NCBI GenBank assembly: GCA_963827655.1
Contig: CAWHCF010000004.1
Span: forward strand, 1 to 64,000
Direction of reading: 5' to 3'
DNA length: 64,000 nucleotides
Source: an uncultured Acidobacteriota bacterium
Lineage (GTDB): Bacteria; Acidobacteriota; UBA6911
The notes beneath the pieces were generated by a model. That model worked only from the letters and a program-made list of their open reading frames with translations. It was not told the origin of the DNA and did no database searches. Position 1 is the first letter of the stretch. Each line of letters opens with the position of its first letter. Of the stretch, positions 8,247-18,823 are shown in pieces. Position numbers and translations under genes: made by a program.

Positions 8247-9465
8247 TCATCGTTGTGAGGCGGCAAGCCGGCCTGCGCAGCCTCACATTTTAATGCGATG
8301 ATCAGCAAGCTCATGTGCCAAGGTAGCTGACGGAGCCTGAATATTACTGCCGGTCAAAAAGCTTCCCAGGAGCGAGAATCAAGCTTCAGGCCAGGCGATT
8401 ACCACACCCGGCGGCCCGCTTATCTATTGAGTGTCTTCGAATTGGGTGAATTAAAGGGAAACGGGACAAAAGGAATGAAGAGCTGCAAGCATCATCCCCA
8501 GAACCACGAAAGAAACCGTGCGGTGTGATGAAACGACGCAGAGAGTGAGCAATCATAAGTTCCCCCACTTTGATTGGCAAATCCTCCATCCATCCGTTTC
8601 TGCTGGTGGGTGGCTGCGGTTTCTACGTATGTTTAGTTAAAGTCAGAGGAAAAACGTTTCACTCTCTGGAACATTTATTAATCTGGCAATGATTCTCAGG
8701 CGTCAGCGAAACAGGAATCAACCGGTGGCTACAGGGCGAGATGACGGCGTGGCGGTCCGCGGCGCCCCCCACGCAGTGCCAGTGGAAACCGCATCCGCTT
8801 CCGCCCCGATCTGATTCAGTTTTTGCGCAGGCTGTCGAATGGAAGCGACATGCAGGTGCAACGCTGGCGTAGACGCGCTCAAGTGACAGCAGCAGCGACC
8901 ACGTAGCTTTCCGAGCAGGAGGAGTGAGCTTGGCTCCGGCACTGACCGTCGCAGGTTCGTTCGAACTTGTATGGACGGTCGCCGCCGGCGAGACGGTCTG
9001 TCGCGGGCTTCCCGCACTAGGGATGATCGGCTTTTCGGGTGATCGTCGAATCGGTCTCGATGAGTTGTGTCGGCCAGGCAACGGCCACGGGTCCGTCACC
9101 GCAAAGAAGCCCAACCGGAATCCAAGAATCCATCAAGCGCGCCTGCCGGATAGCTTGGCTATCCAATAGGATAGGAGTAGGGTCTCGACACTAATCCGCC
9201 CAAGAGCAAAATCTATCGGCGAAACGGCGTTGACATAGGGGATAAATTGACCGTGCAAAGCTTCAGATGGCGGATCGAGTCACGCGCCCACCCGAATCAG
9301 ACTTATCTGGTTCTGAACGATCGCGCCTCTTATCGGCGCGTGAAATGAAGTGGGCAGCCAGGCGGCGCTTGCCGAAAGTGACGGCGAGCAACGCCCTGGA
9401 ATTCAGTTCGGTCGGCCTGCGGGCATCCATCGTTGATAGATCAATGAAACCATCGGCGGCGCGTC

Positions 9466-9999
9466 TTACTTCTTCCGGTTTTTCTCGATGTACGCGCGTG
9501 CGAATGCGACGAGGTGAGGCGCCTCTCGAAGACCGATTTTCTTCGCTTCCTCTTCGGCAGCTTCGAAGGTCCAGCCGTCACGAAGGACCCGTCGTATCAT
9601 CCAGAAGGCTCCCACGCGGATTGCCGCCGTGCAATGAATAAGCATCGGCCGGTTCGCAGGATCCTCGGTGATCTGCAGAAAGAGGTCGACCTGCTCGTCT
9701 TTCGGTTCACGATAGACAACGGGGATGTTGAAGTACTTCAACCCGAGTTCCTTTGCCTTCGCCTCTTCGTCCGCGGCCCGGTGTTCCGCAGGCGTGCGAA
9801 GATTGAGGATCGACTTCAACCCCTCCCCCTTCAGCTTCTCCAGGGCTTCCAGCTTCGGCTGCCCGCCGGTGCAGAATTGATCGTTGACCAGAGTGAAGTT
9901 TAAGATTGCCGGCTGCTCCTTTTGAACCTGAGCAAAGAGCGTAATGGATGGAGCCGCAAGAACTCCTGCGGCACACAGCACAGGAATGAGCCTTTTCAT
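9466..9999 (-). CDS. Secreted protein-tyrosine-phosphatase-like / DUF442 sulfur-transferase family protein
   Basis: Signal peptide; GGQP, ILNLR, LIHCTAAIRVG (CX5R loop); AGGAGG SD before ATG 9999. Confidence 0.8.
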   Translation of the reverse strand: MKRLIPVLCAAGVLAAPSITLFAQVQKEQPAILNFTLVNDQFCTGGQPKLEALEKLKGEGLKSILNLRTPAEHRAADEEAKAKELGLKYFNIPVVYREPKDEQVDLFLQITEDPANRPMLIHCTAAIRVGAFWMIRRVLRDGWTFEAAEEEAKKIGLREAPHLVAFARAYIEKNRKK

Positions 10000-10993
10000 C
10001 GCGTCCTCCTTAGGGCTCGCCGTTGCAAAAATAACTATCACATTCATGGCGCGAGAGCTCAGTGGTCAATCATGGACTGGTTAAACTTTCCCAGCACGAC
10101 TGGCAGGATCGCGCCCCTGCGCATGCAGCCCCAGGCCCGCTGGCTTTGTTGCTCGCACCTCACGAATAACGCACCGGGTACGCATCGTCGCTCGCGCCTC
10201 CCACCCTTCTTCTGTGAAACTACATCGCGCAGCCTCCGTTATACGGAGTCAAGAAATTCGTTCAGGGGGTTATGTCGACTCTGCCCTCTGCACAGCCGCC
10301 GGAAGTAAATCCGATCACGAACAATCATGAACACAATTGTAAGCTACAACGGTCGCACTCAACAGGGAGTTTTGTCCACCCTTCTGTCGCAAGAGGCGGG
10401 AATAGTCTCTCACCTCAGCAGAAAGGGTGGCGCGGGCGCACTTACTTTCTTTTTCACGATGGTACTGTTGAAGGTACGACGTTAACGAAGGCGATCTTGA
10501 TTGGATCTCGTGGTTTGGTCAGCTCGATGGTTTGCACCGGTGTTTCTTATGATCGGTGGTTACGGCGCGGCGACAGATTCAACCCGGCGGCTGTACATGT
10601 CGGTTTGGTATTTCTCTGGAACGTATTGTATTTTCACGCATAGCTGGGCGCTCGTTGTCCTGGAGCCAAGCATTACCGGTGAAGGTTTGTTGCGCGAAAC
10701 CGGTTATCGGCTGGACGCGGCCACAATTCGGGTTAATGTGTAGTGATTCTATCGCGCGTGACAGCAAACGAAATTCTGGAGCCGATCATTGCGTGGGACG
10801 GGGGTGGCTTTGAGGTAGTGCGAAAGCGAAGTTGGGGCGGTCGTGTCCGCACAGGCGTAGAACCGAAACCTTCACCCATCTCGCATGACGGTATAAGGGG
10901 CGGCGACTCGGTATCGACGTGGAAAAGCGCCGTCTCGGCAGGTTTTGCCCAATCTGATGCAGCGGCTCACGGGGCTACTAGAGGGGGAAAAAA

Positions 10994-12181
10994 ATGAAAA
11001 TCACCGATGTCACTGCCACCTGGCTGCGGTGTCCCATCCCGCAGATCAACCAGCACACGAGCGACTTCGGGCGTTTGCAGACTTTCGACATGACGCTCGT
11101 ACGCGTCGAGACCGACGAAGGCTTGACCGGCTGCGGCGAGGCCAAGGGGGGCGTCGGCAGCACGGCCATCTGTGGCCCCATCGTCTCCGTCGTAATGGAG
11201 GAGTTAAAGCCGCTGCTTCTGGGCGAGGACCCTCGCAACATTACCCGGCTGTGGGAGAAGATGTACAACGGCGTGCGCGCGCACTACGTATTCAAGCACG
11301 GGCGCAGCTTTCCCGAGCTGGGCCGGCGCGGCGCGCGGCTCTGCGGGATCAGCGGTGTCGATATGGCCTTGTGGGACTTGCTGGGCAAGAGCCTGAACGT
11401 GCCGCTCTACCAACTGCTCGGAGGCAAATGCCGTGAGAGCGTGGAGGCTTACGCTTCGGGGGGTTGGGCTGACGCCGCAGGCATCGGCGCGCAGTTGCGG
11501 CAGACGATCGCGCCGGGCAACTTCAAGGCGGTGAAGATGCGCGTCGGCGCCATGGATGAGACCGTCGAGAATTCGATCGACCGCGTGCGCGCCGCCCGCG
11601 AGGCGCTGGGCGACGAGATCAAGTTAATGGCTGACGCGCATGGTACCTGGAACGAGCGCGAGGCGAAACGCTTCTGCCGCGGCGTCGCCGACTGTCACCT
11701 GAGCTGGGTCGAAGAGCCGGTCAACGCCGACTCGGTTTGTGCCATGGGGGAGGTGCGCGCCGCGACCGACATCCCCATCGCCGCCGGCGAGAGCCTCTTC
11801 ACGCGCTTCGACTTCAAGCACCTGCTCGATGCGCGCGCCGTGGACATCCTGCAACCGGATCCGGCGATCGCCGGCGGCATCACCGAGGTCGTGCGTATTG
11901 CGGCACTGGCCTCGGCCCACCAACTCACCCTCGCGCCGCATCTATGGGGCTCAGCGCTGCTGTTTGCCACCGGGCTGCACCTCGCCGCCGCCCTGCCCAA
12001 CGTCGTCATCCTCGAATACTCGATGGGCTTTAACCCGATGCTGCGCGGCCTGAGTCCCGATGAATTTGTGATCCGCGATAGCCGGCTCGAAATCTGTGAC
12101 GAGCCCGGATTAGGTGTGACGATCAACGACGACTTCGTGCGCCAGTACGCCTACCAAACGAAGATCGAAGATAGGCTATAG
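10994..12181 (+). CDS. Mandelate racemase/muconate lactonizing enzyme family (enolase superfamily)
   Basis: SGVDMALWDLLGK, KMRVG, MADAH, WVEEP, AAGES, LQPD, APHLW. Confidence 0.92.
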   Translation: MKITDVTATWLRCPIPQINQHTSDFGRLQTFDMTLVRVETDEGLTGCGEAKGGVGSTAICGPIVSVVMEELKPLLLGEDPRNITRLWEKMYNGVRAHYVFKHGRSFPELGRRGARLCGISGVDMALWDLLGKSLNVPLYQLLGGKCRESVEAYASGGWADAAGIGAQLRQTIAPGNFKAVKMRVGAMDETVENSIDRVRAAREALGDEIKLMADAHGTWNEREAKRFCRGVADCHLSWVEEPVNADSVCAMGEVRAATDIPIAAGESLFTRFDFKHLLDARAVDILQPDPAIAGGITEVVRIAALASAHQLTLAPHLWGSALLFATGLHLAAALPNVVILEYSMGFNPMLRGLSPDEFVIRDSRLEICDEPGLGVTINDDFVRQYAYQTKIEDRL

Positions 12182-12511
12182 AGCACAACCCGCGAAACAA
12201 ACCAGCACCACCAGCGAGATGGAATGAGTTGGTGTCATCTCTCACATCACCGATTGGAGGCTTGCCGCCGGAATCACTGCCTGATCGGCGTCATTATCAA
12301 TTGAGAATCTTCGCTTTTTCGCCGTTAAAAAGCCTGCCCAGCAGTATCATGCGAGGTCCGTGTCCGTCTTCGTGTTCGAGAGGTCGGCACGAACGCAGAG
12401 CCAATGCCTGTATCCTGGTTTTAGCGCCCTGTGTGGACCTGGCGTATGAGGGGACTTCCACCGGCGTTGAAGATCATCAAAATCAAGGCGGCGCGCCGAT
12501 TTGCGTCGAGT

Positions 12512-12537
12512 GTTCAGAGCAAGCTACCGCACTCCAA
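12512..12537. repeat. 26-bp REP-like dispersed repeat, identical copy at 41286-41311
   Basis: GTTCAGAGCAAGCTACCGCACTCCAA occurs at both intergenic sites. Confidence 0.7.
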
Positions 12538-12578
12538 ATACGTCACCATGATGGCGTCGATCAGATTCAAGGGGAAAC

Positions 12579-13961
12579 GTGCGAAGCAGATCAAGAGCTA
12601 TTGCGGTTGTGATCCTTGTGGCGTGGTCTGGGAATTCCAGAGCCCTCGCTGTCGGTTCCGGTGAGAATACGGATTCCATAGCCCCGATCCTGCTTGCTCT
12701 GATCGCCATACTCGCGGTGGCCAAGCTCGGAGGCGAATTGTTTGAGCGCATCGGCCAGCCGGCCGTACTGGGTGAGCTGCTAGGCGGTGTAGCCCTGGGC
12801 AACCTGGCGTTGCTCAATCAGAGCTGGAATTTTTTCGCGCCTCTTCAACCTGCCGACGTGCAGGAGCCCTGGGCGATCGTTATTCGCAGCCTCGCTCATC
12901 TCGGGGTCATTATTCTGCTTTTCGAAGTCGGCTTGGAATCAACCGTGACCGACATGTTGAAAGTCGGCGCTTCTTCGTTTGTCGTTGCGGTCCTCGGCGT
13001 CATCGCGCCCTCCGTGCTCGGAATTGGAGTCAGCTGGGTGTTTATCAAGGAGTTACCGGAGCAGATTACGGCCCTGGCGGGACCAGGCTTCAGCCTCTGG
13101 TACGTGCACATTTTTGTCGGCGCCACTCTCAGCGCCACAAGTGTTGGAATCACGGCCCGGGTCCTCAAGGATCTGGGAAAGCTCCGGAACCAGGAATCCA
13201 AGATCATTTTGGGGGCCGCCGTCATCGACGACGTTCTGGGGCTGATTATTCTCGCCGTGGTATCAGCCACCGTGACGGCTTCGATATCGGGCCAGTCTCT
13301 GGCGCTGGGTTCGATATTACGTTTGATACTTACTGCAGTCGGTTTCCTCGGAGGAGCATTGGCGATCGGAGTGCTTTTCGTGCCTCGTGTCTTGAAGCAG
13401 CTCGCAAAGCTACGTACAACCGGAATCATGCTGATTTCATCCATTCTTTTCGCATTCGCTCTTTCTTACTTGTCGGCTCTCGCGGGACTGGCCCCGATCG
13501 TGGGCGCATTCGCCGCAGGATTGATCCTCGAAGAGGTTCACTTTCGCAGTTTCCGGGACCAAATCACCATCGAGCAGTTGATCCGCCCTGTCTCGACTCT
13601 CCTGGTGCCGATCTTTTTCGTGCAAATGGGTATTAGTGTCCGGCTGGAGACATTTCTCGATCCTTCAGTCATCGGCCTCGCCGCCGGCATCACCGTCGCC
13701 GCGATTGCAGGCAAACAGATCTGTGGTCTCGGAGTGCTTGAAAGGGGTCTCGATCGCCTAACGGTCGGTGTGGGCATGATTCCTCGCGGTGAAGTCGGCC
13801 TGATCTTTGCCGCGATGGGAAAAAGCTTGAACGTGATTGACGATGCCACGTTCTCGGCCCTCATCGTGATGGTAATGGGAACCACCCTGATTGCTCCAAT
13901 CTTGCTCAAGCAGACGCTCTTACGGTGGGAGCGGAAGTCGCGTCTCGCCTCGTCCCGATAG
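12579..13961 (+). CDS. Cation:proton antiporter (CPA2, NapA/KefB-like)
   Basis: GQPAVLGELLGG, ATSVGITARVL, AAVIDDVLGL, GMIPRGEVGLIFA; many TM helices. Confidence 0.92.
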   Translation: MRSRSRAIAVVILVAWSGNSRALAVGSGENTDSIAPILLALIAILAVAKLGGELFERIGQPAVLGELLGGVALGNLALLNQSWNFFAPLQPADVQEPWAIVIRSLAHLGVIILLFEVGLESTVTDMLKVGASSFVVAVLGVIAPSVLGIGVSWVFIKELPEQITALAGPGFSLWYVHIFVGATLSATSVGITARVLKDLGKLRNQESKIILGAAVIDDVLGLIILAVVSATVTASISGQSLALGSILRLILTAVGFLGGALAIGVLFVPRVLKQLAKLRTTGIMLISSILFAFALSYLSALAGLAPIVGAFAAGLILEEVHFRSFRDQITIEQLIRPVSTLLVPIFFVQMGISVRLETFLDPSVIGLAAGITVAAIAGKQICGLGVLERGLDRLTVGVGMIPRGEVGLIFAAMGKSLNVIDDATFSALIVMVMGTTLIAPILLKQTLLRWERKSRLASSR

Positions 13962-13971
13962 CGGCCCCCAA

Positions 13972-14015
13972 ACAAATACCGCTAAGACGCAGAGACACGA
14001 AGAAACAGCAAGAAT
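13972..14015 (+). repeat. ~44-bp intergenic repeat family (consensus ACAAATACCACNAAGACNCNAAGACACNAAGAAACACCAAGA), copy 1
   Basis: Related copies at ~16758-16800 (+), ~20686-20728 (-), ~37317-37360 (-) and ~37372-37408 (+); shorter relatives near 35864, 46412, 46527 and 57041. Confidence 0.7.
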
Positions 14016-14511
14016 CTTTGCCACTACTGCCTTTTCCTCAAAGAAATCCGGACTTGACGGGATCGACTGAGACGCGATCAGAAGATAGGCTGTAGGACAG
14101 TAGCCGTTACACCGCTACTGCGCTTCGCCTGGCGGCTACTGCGCCTCGTTTGGCGCGCCGGGCAATGTTTATCGCCCCGGGTTCTCGCAGGGTGCCCGTT
14201 TGGAGAAATTGGCTCGCTCGGAAACAGGCATTCGAGCGGGAAGGATCCTCCCAATGCGGCAAGACCGGGCGAGGCGCAGTAGCAGCAGGGCCTAGCAAAG
14301 ACGCATCAAGAACTTTCGGGAGACCTTACTACCCGGACGCTCAGGTTGAGCCTCGATACCAAAACCCCGGGCACCTCCGGAAGGGGATCGACGGCTCGGA
14401 CTGAGGTCAGCCTGCAGCACAGAGTGAGGAGGCTGGCGGCTGACCTCGTTTCCAGGGGACCGCGATTGGGAACACGCGGTCCCCGCCGATCCGGCTCACA
14501 ACCGGGGACAG

Positions 14512-14672
14512 CTCGAGGCCTTCAACTTTACCAACACGCCGCACCTGGCATCACCAAGCAACAATACCAACAACACCCTCACCCAGGTCGATGTCAACAA
14601 TCCGAACTCGGTCAGAATCCTGACGGCGGATGAGCCTCGGATCATCCAATTCGCCTTGAAGTACTTTTCTAG
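14512..14672 (+). pseudogene. C-terminal remnant of an Oar-type TonB-dependent receptor
   Basis: Translates LEAFNFTNTPHLASP...DEPRIIQFALKYF, the same terminal signature as the TBDR ending at 41005 (EFFNAWNHPQF...REIQFALKLIF); no upstream body. Confidence 0.7.
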
Positions 14673-14826
14673 GTTGGTGGCCGACGGATGACCTGACATT
14701 TCTTCCCAACCAGTTATAATGGGCGCGGGAGGGGCACCCGCCGCCAGAGCCAGCTTGACAAACTCTGCAGATCAAGACGTGGAGCCGTGTCAGGTTCCCA
14801 AGCCACGAGGCAAGCGGGGGCAAATC

Positions 14827-16746
14827 ATGCACACCCGTCGCCTGCCGTTCGGGCTACGAGCCTGTGGCCTGATCGTATTGGCGACGCAATGCATCGCTCT
14901 GTCTCAGGAGACATCCCCGGAACAGTCTTTGAAAAAGGCTCTGGCGCTGCAGACGGCCGGCGACATGGAAGGCGCCATCCGCGAGTATCAAGCCTTTCTG
15001 GCCCGCCATCCCGGCATCGGCGACGTCCGCGCCAATCTCGGTGTTGCCTATGCCTCCATCGGCAACTACGCGAAAGCCATCGACGAGCTCGAGCGCGCCC
15101 TGGCGTTGGGCAACGTCAGCAATTCTGCAGGCGTCCGGTTCAACCTCGGATCGGTTTACTTCAAGGCCGCTCAGTTCGCCAAGGCGGAAGCCGCGCTCAC
15201 GAGAGTCGTGAAGGAGCAGCCGAAAGACAGGGCGGCCGCGCTGATGCTGGCGTCTTGTTTCCTTCTGAGGGACGAGGTTCATAAGGTCATCGCGCTGCTC
15301 TCGCCCTTCGAGTCTGAACTTGGCAAAGATCCTCAGTTTGCTTATCTGCTCGGTACCGCACTGATCAAAGATCGTCAGATTGAAGCGGGTGAGCGCCATG
15401 CCGTAACTGTCATGAAACACGGAGACGCGGCCCTGGCGTGGGTCATGCGTGGAACCGGCCGTCTCGTGGCGGGGGACTATTTCCAGGCGGCGGAAGCATT
15501 CAAGAAAGCTCTCGAGCTCAATCCCAGACTCCCCTCGGTGAATGGCACCTACGGACGGGTACTACAGGAATTGGATCGGCCGGATGAGGCCGACAAGGCT
15601 TTCCGCCGGGAGATCGAGATCAATCCGGATGATTTCGAGGCCAATTTCTATCACGGCACCTATCTCCACAGCTTCGAGCAACGCTACGAGGAAGCGCTGT
15701 CATACCTGAACCGAGCCTTGCGCGCGAGGCCCGACCGCCACGACGTGCAGTTTCAGATTGCCGTCGTTCTCAGCCAGACGGAGCGTGTCGAGGAGGCTGT
15801 CAAAGTCCTCGAGAATGTTGTGGTGAAATCTCCCAATTCTCTGGAAGCTCATTCTACCCTCACTCGGCTATACGTCCGGCTGGGACGGCGTGAGGCAGCC
15901 GAGCGCCATCGTGCCATCGCCGAACGCTTGCGCAAGGATCAAGAGGGACAGAGATTCATCCAGCAGGGCCGCTTCTCCGAAGCCGTGGAAGTCTTCAACC
16001 AGCTGAAGCAGGCGGACAAGTCCGACCCGAGGCCATATTTTTTTGCCGGCATGGCCCTGTCTTTGATGAAAGACAGCAAAGCCGCTGCTGCGGAGCTGAG
16101 CCAGGCGGTACGCCTGGATCCCCGGAACCCAATGTATGTCATTCCGTACGCGGACGCTCTGGCGCGCTCCGGACAGGTTGCGCTCGCCTTGGAGGTCCTG
16201 GAGCCCGTGAAGCCCGAATCGCTAGTGGCGTTACCGCCGGAACTCCTCTTGACCCTCAGTGAAACGTACCACCGCGCTGGACGTCACGACGAGGCGCTGC
16301 ATGTCCTCGATGTGATGGCTCGAAAGGACCCTTATAGCGCGCGCATCAACGCACTTCGAGGCCAGATCTATCTGGTGAAGGAGGACTTCAAGCTGGCGCG
16401 GCAGTTCGCCGAGAAGAGCATCGAAAGACTGCCGAAAAACAACGGGCTCGCTTACTTCGTACGGGGAGGGGCCCAGTTCCGCCTCGGGGATAGAGCAGGC
16501 GCGCGGGAATCCTACCGCGAAGCCATCAACCAGGATCCCGACAATCCGTTGTACTTGTGGAAACTGGGAGCGCTGTATCTGGCAATGGGTGAGAGTGGGG
16601 AGGCCATCCGACACCTTGAGAGAGCCAAGAAAGGAGCGGACACGTTCCCGGAAATTTATGCGGACCTGGGCAAGGCTTACCAGAGCAACCAGGAGCCGGT
16701 CAAAGCAAAGGAGGCCTTTGACGCGTACGCCGCTGCCAAGAAATAG
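14827..16746 (+). CDS. Exported tetratricopeptide repeat protein
   Basis: Signal-like N-terminus; many TPRs (ANLGVAYASIGNYAKAIDELERALAL etc.). Confidence 0.88.
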   Translation: MHTRRLPFGLRACGLIVLATQCIALSQETSPEQSLKKALALQTAGDMEGAIREYQAFLARHPGIGDVRANLGVAYASIGNYAKAIDELERALALGNVSNSAGVRFNLGSVYFKAAQFAKAEAALTRVVKEQPKDRAAALMLASCFLLRDEVHKVIALLSPFESELGKDPQFAYLLGTALIKDRQIEAGERHAVTVMKHGDAALAWVMRGTGRLVAGDYFQAAEAFKKALELNPRLPSVNGTYGRVLQELDRPDEADKAFRREIEINPDDFEANFYHGTYLHSFEQRYEEALSYLNRALRARPDRHDVQFQIAVVLSQTERVEEAVKVLENVVVKSPNSLEAHSTLTRLYVRLGRREAAERHRAIAERLRKDQEGQRFIQQGRFSEAVEVFNQLKQADKSDPRPYFFAGMALSLMKDSKAAAAELSQAVRLDPRNPMYVIPYADALARSGQVALALEVLEPVKPESLVALPPELLLTLSETYHRAGRHDEALHVLDVMARKDPYSARINALRGQIYLVKEDFKLARQFAEKSIERLPKNNGLAYFVRGGAQFRLGDRAGARESYREAINQDPDNPLYLWKLGALYLAMGESGEAIRHLERAKKGADTFPEIYADLGKAYQSNQEPVKAKEAFDAYAAAKK

Positions 16747-16830
16747 GAAGTGCCCTTACAAATACCACAAAGACGCAAAGACACTAAGAAACACCAAGAG
16801 CATCCAACAATGCTTTCAGTGCTTTCCTCT

Positions 16831-18294
16831 TCACCGCGGGTCGTGCGTCAGGGGAGCCGCCCGCTCCAGGAAGCCCGCTGGTCGAGTTCGAGTGCCTTTC
16901 TGCCCCGTGCGGTCATCGCCCAGCTCCTCGCGGGCCTGTTCTGTGAGCGACATCAGACGACGGACCACATCCGGATGTTTCGCTGCCACATTCGTGGTTT
17001 CGCCGACGTCGGCTTCGAGATCATATAGTTCCGGGGTCTGGACGACGGGATCGGTGCTCTCGGGCGGCCGGTGGCCCAGGTGAAGCTTCCACTTTCCGGA
17101 GCGGACGGCCTCGAGATCGCCCATGAAGTAGTAAAAGAAGCGATCGTGAGGAGTCCTGGCGCCGGGCTGTCCTGACAGGATGGGCCACACGTCCCTACCA
17201 TCCAGGATCCGGTCCCCGGGAACATTGGCACCGCCTAAGCCTGCCAGCGTCGGCAGCAGGTCCATGGAAGTCACCATTTGATCGCTGACCGATCGTTGAG
17301 GGATTTTGCCAGGCCAGCGGGCGAGGCAGGGAACGCGCATGCCGCCTTCCCACGTGCTCCCTTTGAACCCTCTGAGCGGCGAATTTGACCCTCCCCAGCG
17401 GCGAGGAGCGCCGTTGTCCGATGTCAGGATAACCAGGGTGCGATCGTCGAGTTCCAGTCGCTTGAGCGTCTCGAGGATCTGGCCCGTGGACCAGTCCAGC
17501 TCTTCTATGGTATCGCCGTAGATTCCGTTGGCGCTCTTGCCCCGAAACTCCGCACCTGCGTGGGCCGGATCGTGGGGCATCGAGTGGGCCAGGTAGAGAA
17601 AAAACGGACGGGTCCGGTGCTCGGTCATGAACCGGATCGCCTCGGCGGTGTACCGGCCCGTCAACAGGTTCTGATCAGGTTCAGTTTCGATCACGGTTTC
17701 GTTCCGCATCAGCGGCAGCGGCGGATACCCCCAGTTTGGATAGTGCTTCCCCATGTCGTTCGAGTAGGGTATCCCGAAGTAGTAGTCGAATCCGTGTCGC
17801 AGCGGCAGGAACGGCGACTGGTCCCCCAAATGCCATTTGCCGACTACCCCAGTCGCATAGCCGCGTGCCTTGAGGATCTCGGCTAGCGTGACTTCGTCTG
17901 GATTCAGTCCGCTTTGGTCGCCCGGAAACAGGACGAACCTTCCCGCCGCGTTCTCGTGCATTCCGACGCGCCTGGGGTAGCAGGCTGTCATCAGCGCAGC
18001 GCGGGAGGGCGTGCACAAGCCGCTCGCCACGTAGAAGCTGGTCAACTTGATCCCCTCGGCGGCCATTCGATCCAGATTAGGAGTCCTGTGCGTTCGATTG
18101 CCGAACGGCGCCGTGTCGCCGTAGCCCAGATCATCGTGGAAGATGATTACGAAATTCGGCCGCTCCTGGGACGCGCCAGGCGGCAAAGAAGGCCGGCATC
18201 CGCACAGAACCATCAGCGGGACGGCGGCGAACCGGGCGACCGCTGCCATCATGTTGTTCGACACGCTCCGGGCTGGGCGATTTGAGGAATCCAT
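16831..18294 (-). CDS. Sulfatase (arylsulfatase A-like, Cys-type), possible lipoprotein
   Basis: DDLGYGD, CTPSRAALMT, GKWHLG, SDNG, GGMRVP; start uncertain (18294 or ~18252). Confidence 0.92.
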   Translation of the reverse strand: MDSSNRPARSVSNNMMAAVARFAAVPLMVLCGCRPSLPPGASQERPNFVIIFHDDLGYGDTAPFGNRTHRTPNLDRMAAEGIKLTSFYVASGLCTPSRAALMTACYPRRVGMHENAAGRFVLFPGDQSGLNPDEVTLAEILKARGYATGVVGKWHLGDQSPFLPLRHGFDYYFGIPYSNDMGKHYPNWGYPPLPLMRNETVIETEPDQNLLTGRYTAEAIRFMTEHRTRPFFLYLAHSMPHDPAHAGAEFRGKSANGIYGDTIEELDWSTGQILETLKRLELDDRTLVILTSDNGAPRRWGGSNSPLRGFKGSTWEGGMRVPCLARWPGKIPQRSVSDQMVTSMDLLPTLAGLGGANVPGDRILDGRDVWPILSGQPGARTPHDRFFYYFMGDLEAVRSGKWKLHLGHRPPESTDPVVQTPELYDLEADVGETTNVAAKHPDVVRRLMSLTEQAREELGDDRTGQKGTRTRPAGFLERAAPLTHDPR

Positions 18295-18823
18295 AAGAGT
18301 GCCTGAACCTGAATGCAATGAGCAAACCGCCGAATAATCAGAGAAGACCAAGCCCCCACACGAAGAAAGCGCAGCTCAGGTCCTCTGCTCATCATATGCT
18401 TCCTGACATTGTCGAAGCCGGCGCTCCCGCTAAGTCGCGCCGTTTCTAAGTGCGGTCCGCGACTATGTAACATCGGGCCCTGGCACTGAGGGTGATTCGC
18501 GGTGCTGATTGCTTGACAAAGCCGAGTTGCTAGATGATTAATTTAGTGAACCAACTCGACAATTGGTACACCGACGGAAAGAGTACGGTCAAGGAATAAG
18601 TGAACACGATTGACTCTCGATCGCGACCGCCGCGTACTGGTATTAGACTGAACCTCCCAAGGAGTATTTCCCCGATGCTCAGCCGGAGGAACGCAGACCC
18701 AAAGCCGCGATCGGGCCCATCGAGCCTTACCGGTGGCGGGAACGAGTGGGTAAGGGGCGAGGCCCTGCCAGATTGATAAACCCAATTGCGGCTTTCACCG
18801 ACTGAGCCAGGTGGATCCTCCAT

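Noticed and set aside
9114-9195. Short frame TGIQESIKRACRIAWLSNRIGVGSRH, faintly like a tyrosine-recombinase segment at the island edge
   Set aside because: Too short and degenerate; no other integrase motifs or att repeats seen
8386-9460. Small ORFs upstream of the RiPP operon as extra precursors or regulators
   Set aside because: No leader similarity to the 54-aa peptide, no Cys pattern and no recognisable domain
10050-10990. Coding potential or ncRNA in the ~900-bp gap before the enolase-family gene
   Set aside because: Only short overlapping ORFs without motifs; no tRNA- or rRNA-like structure recognised
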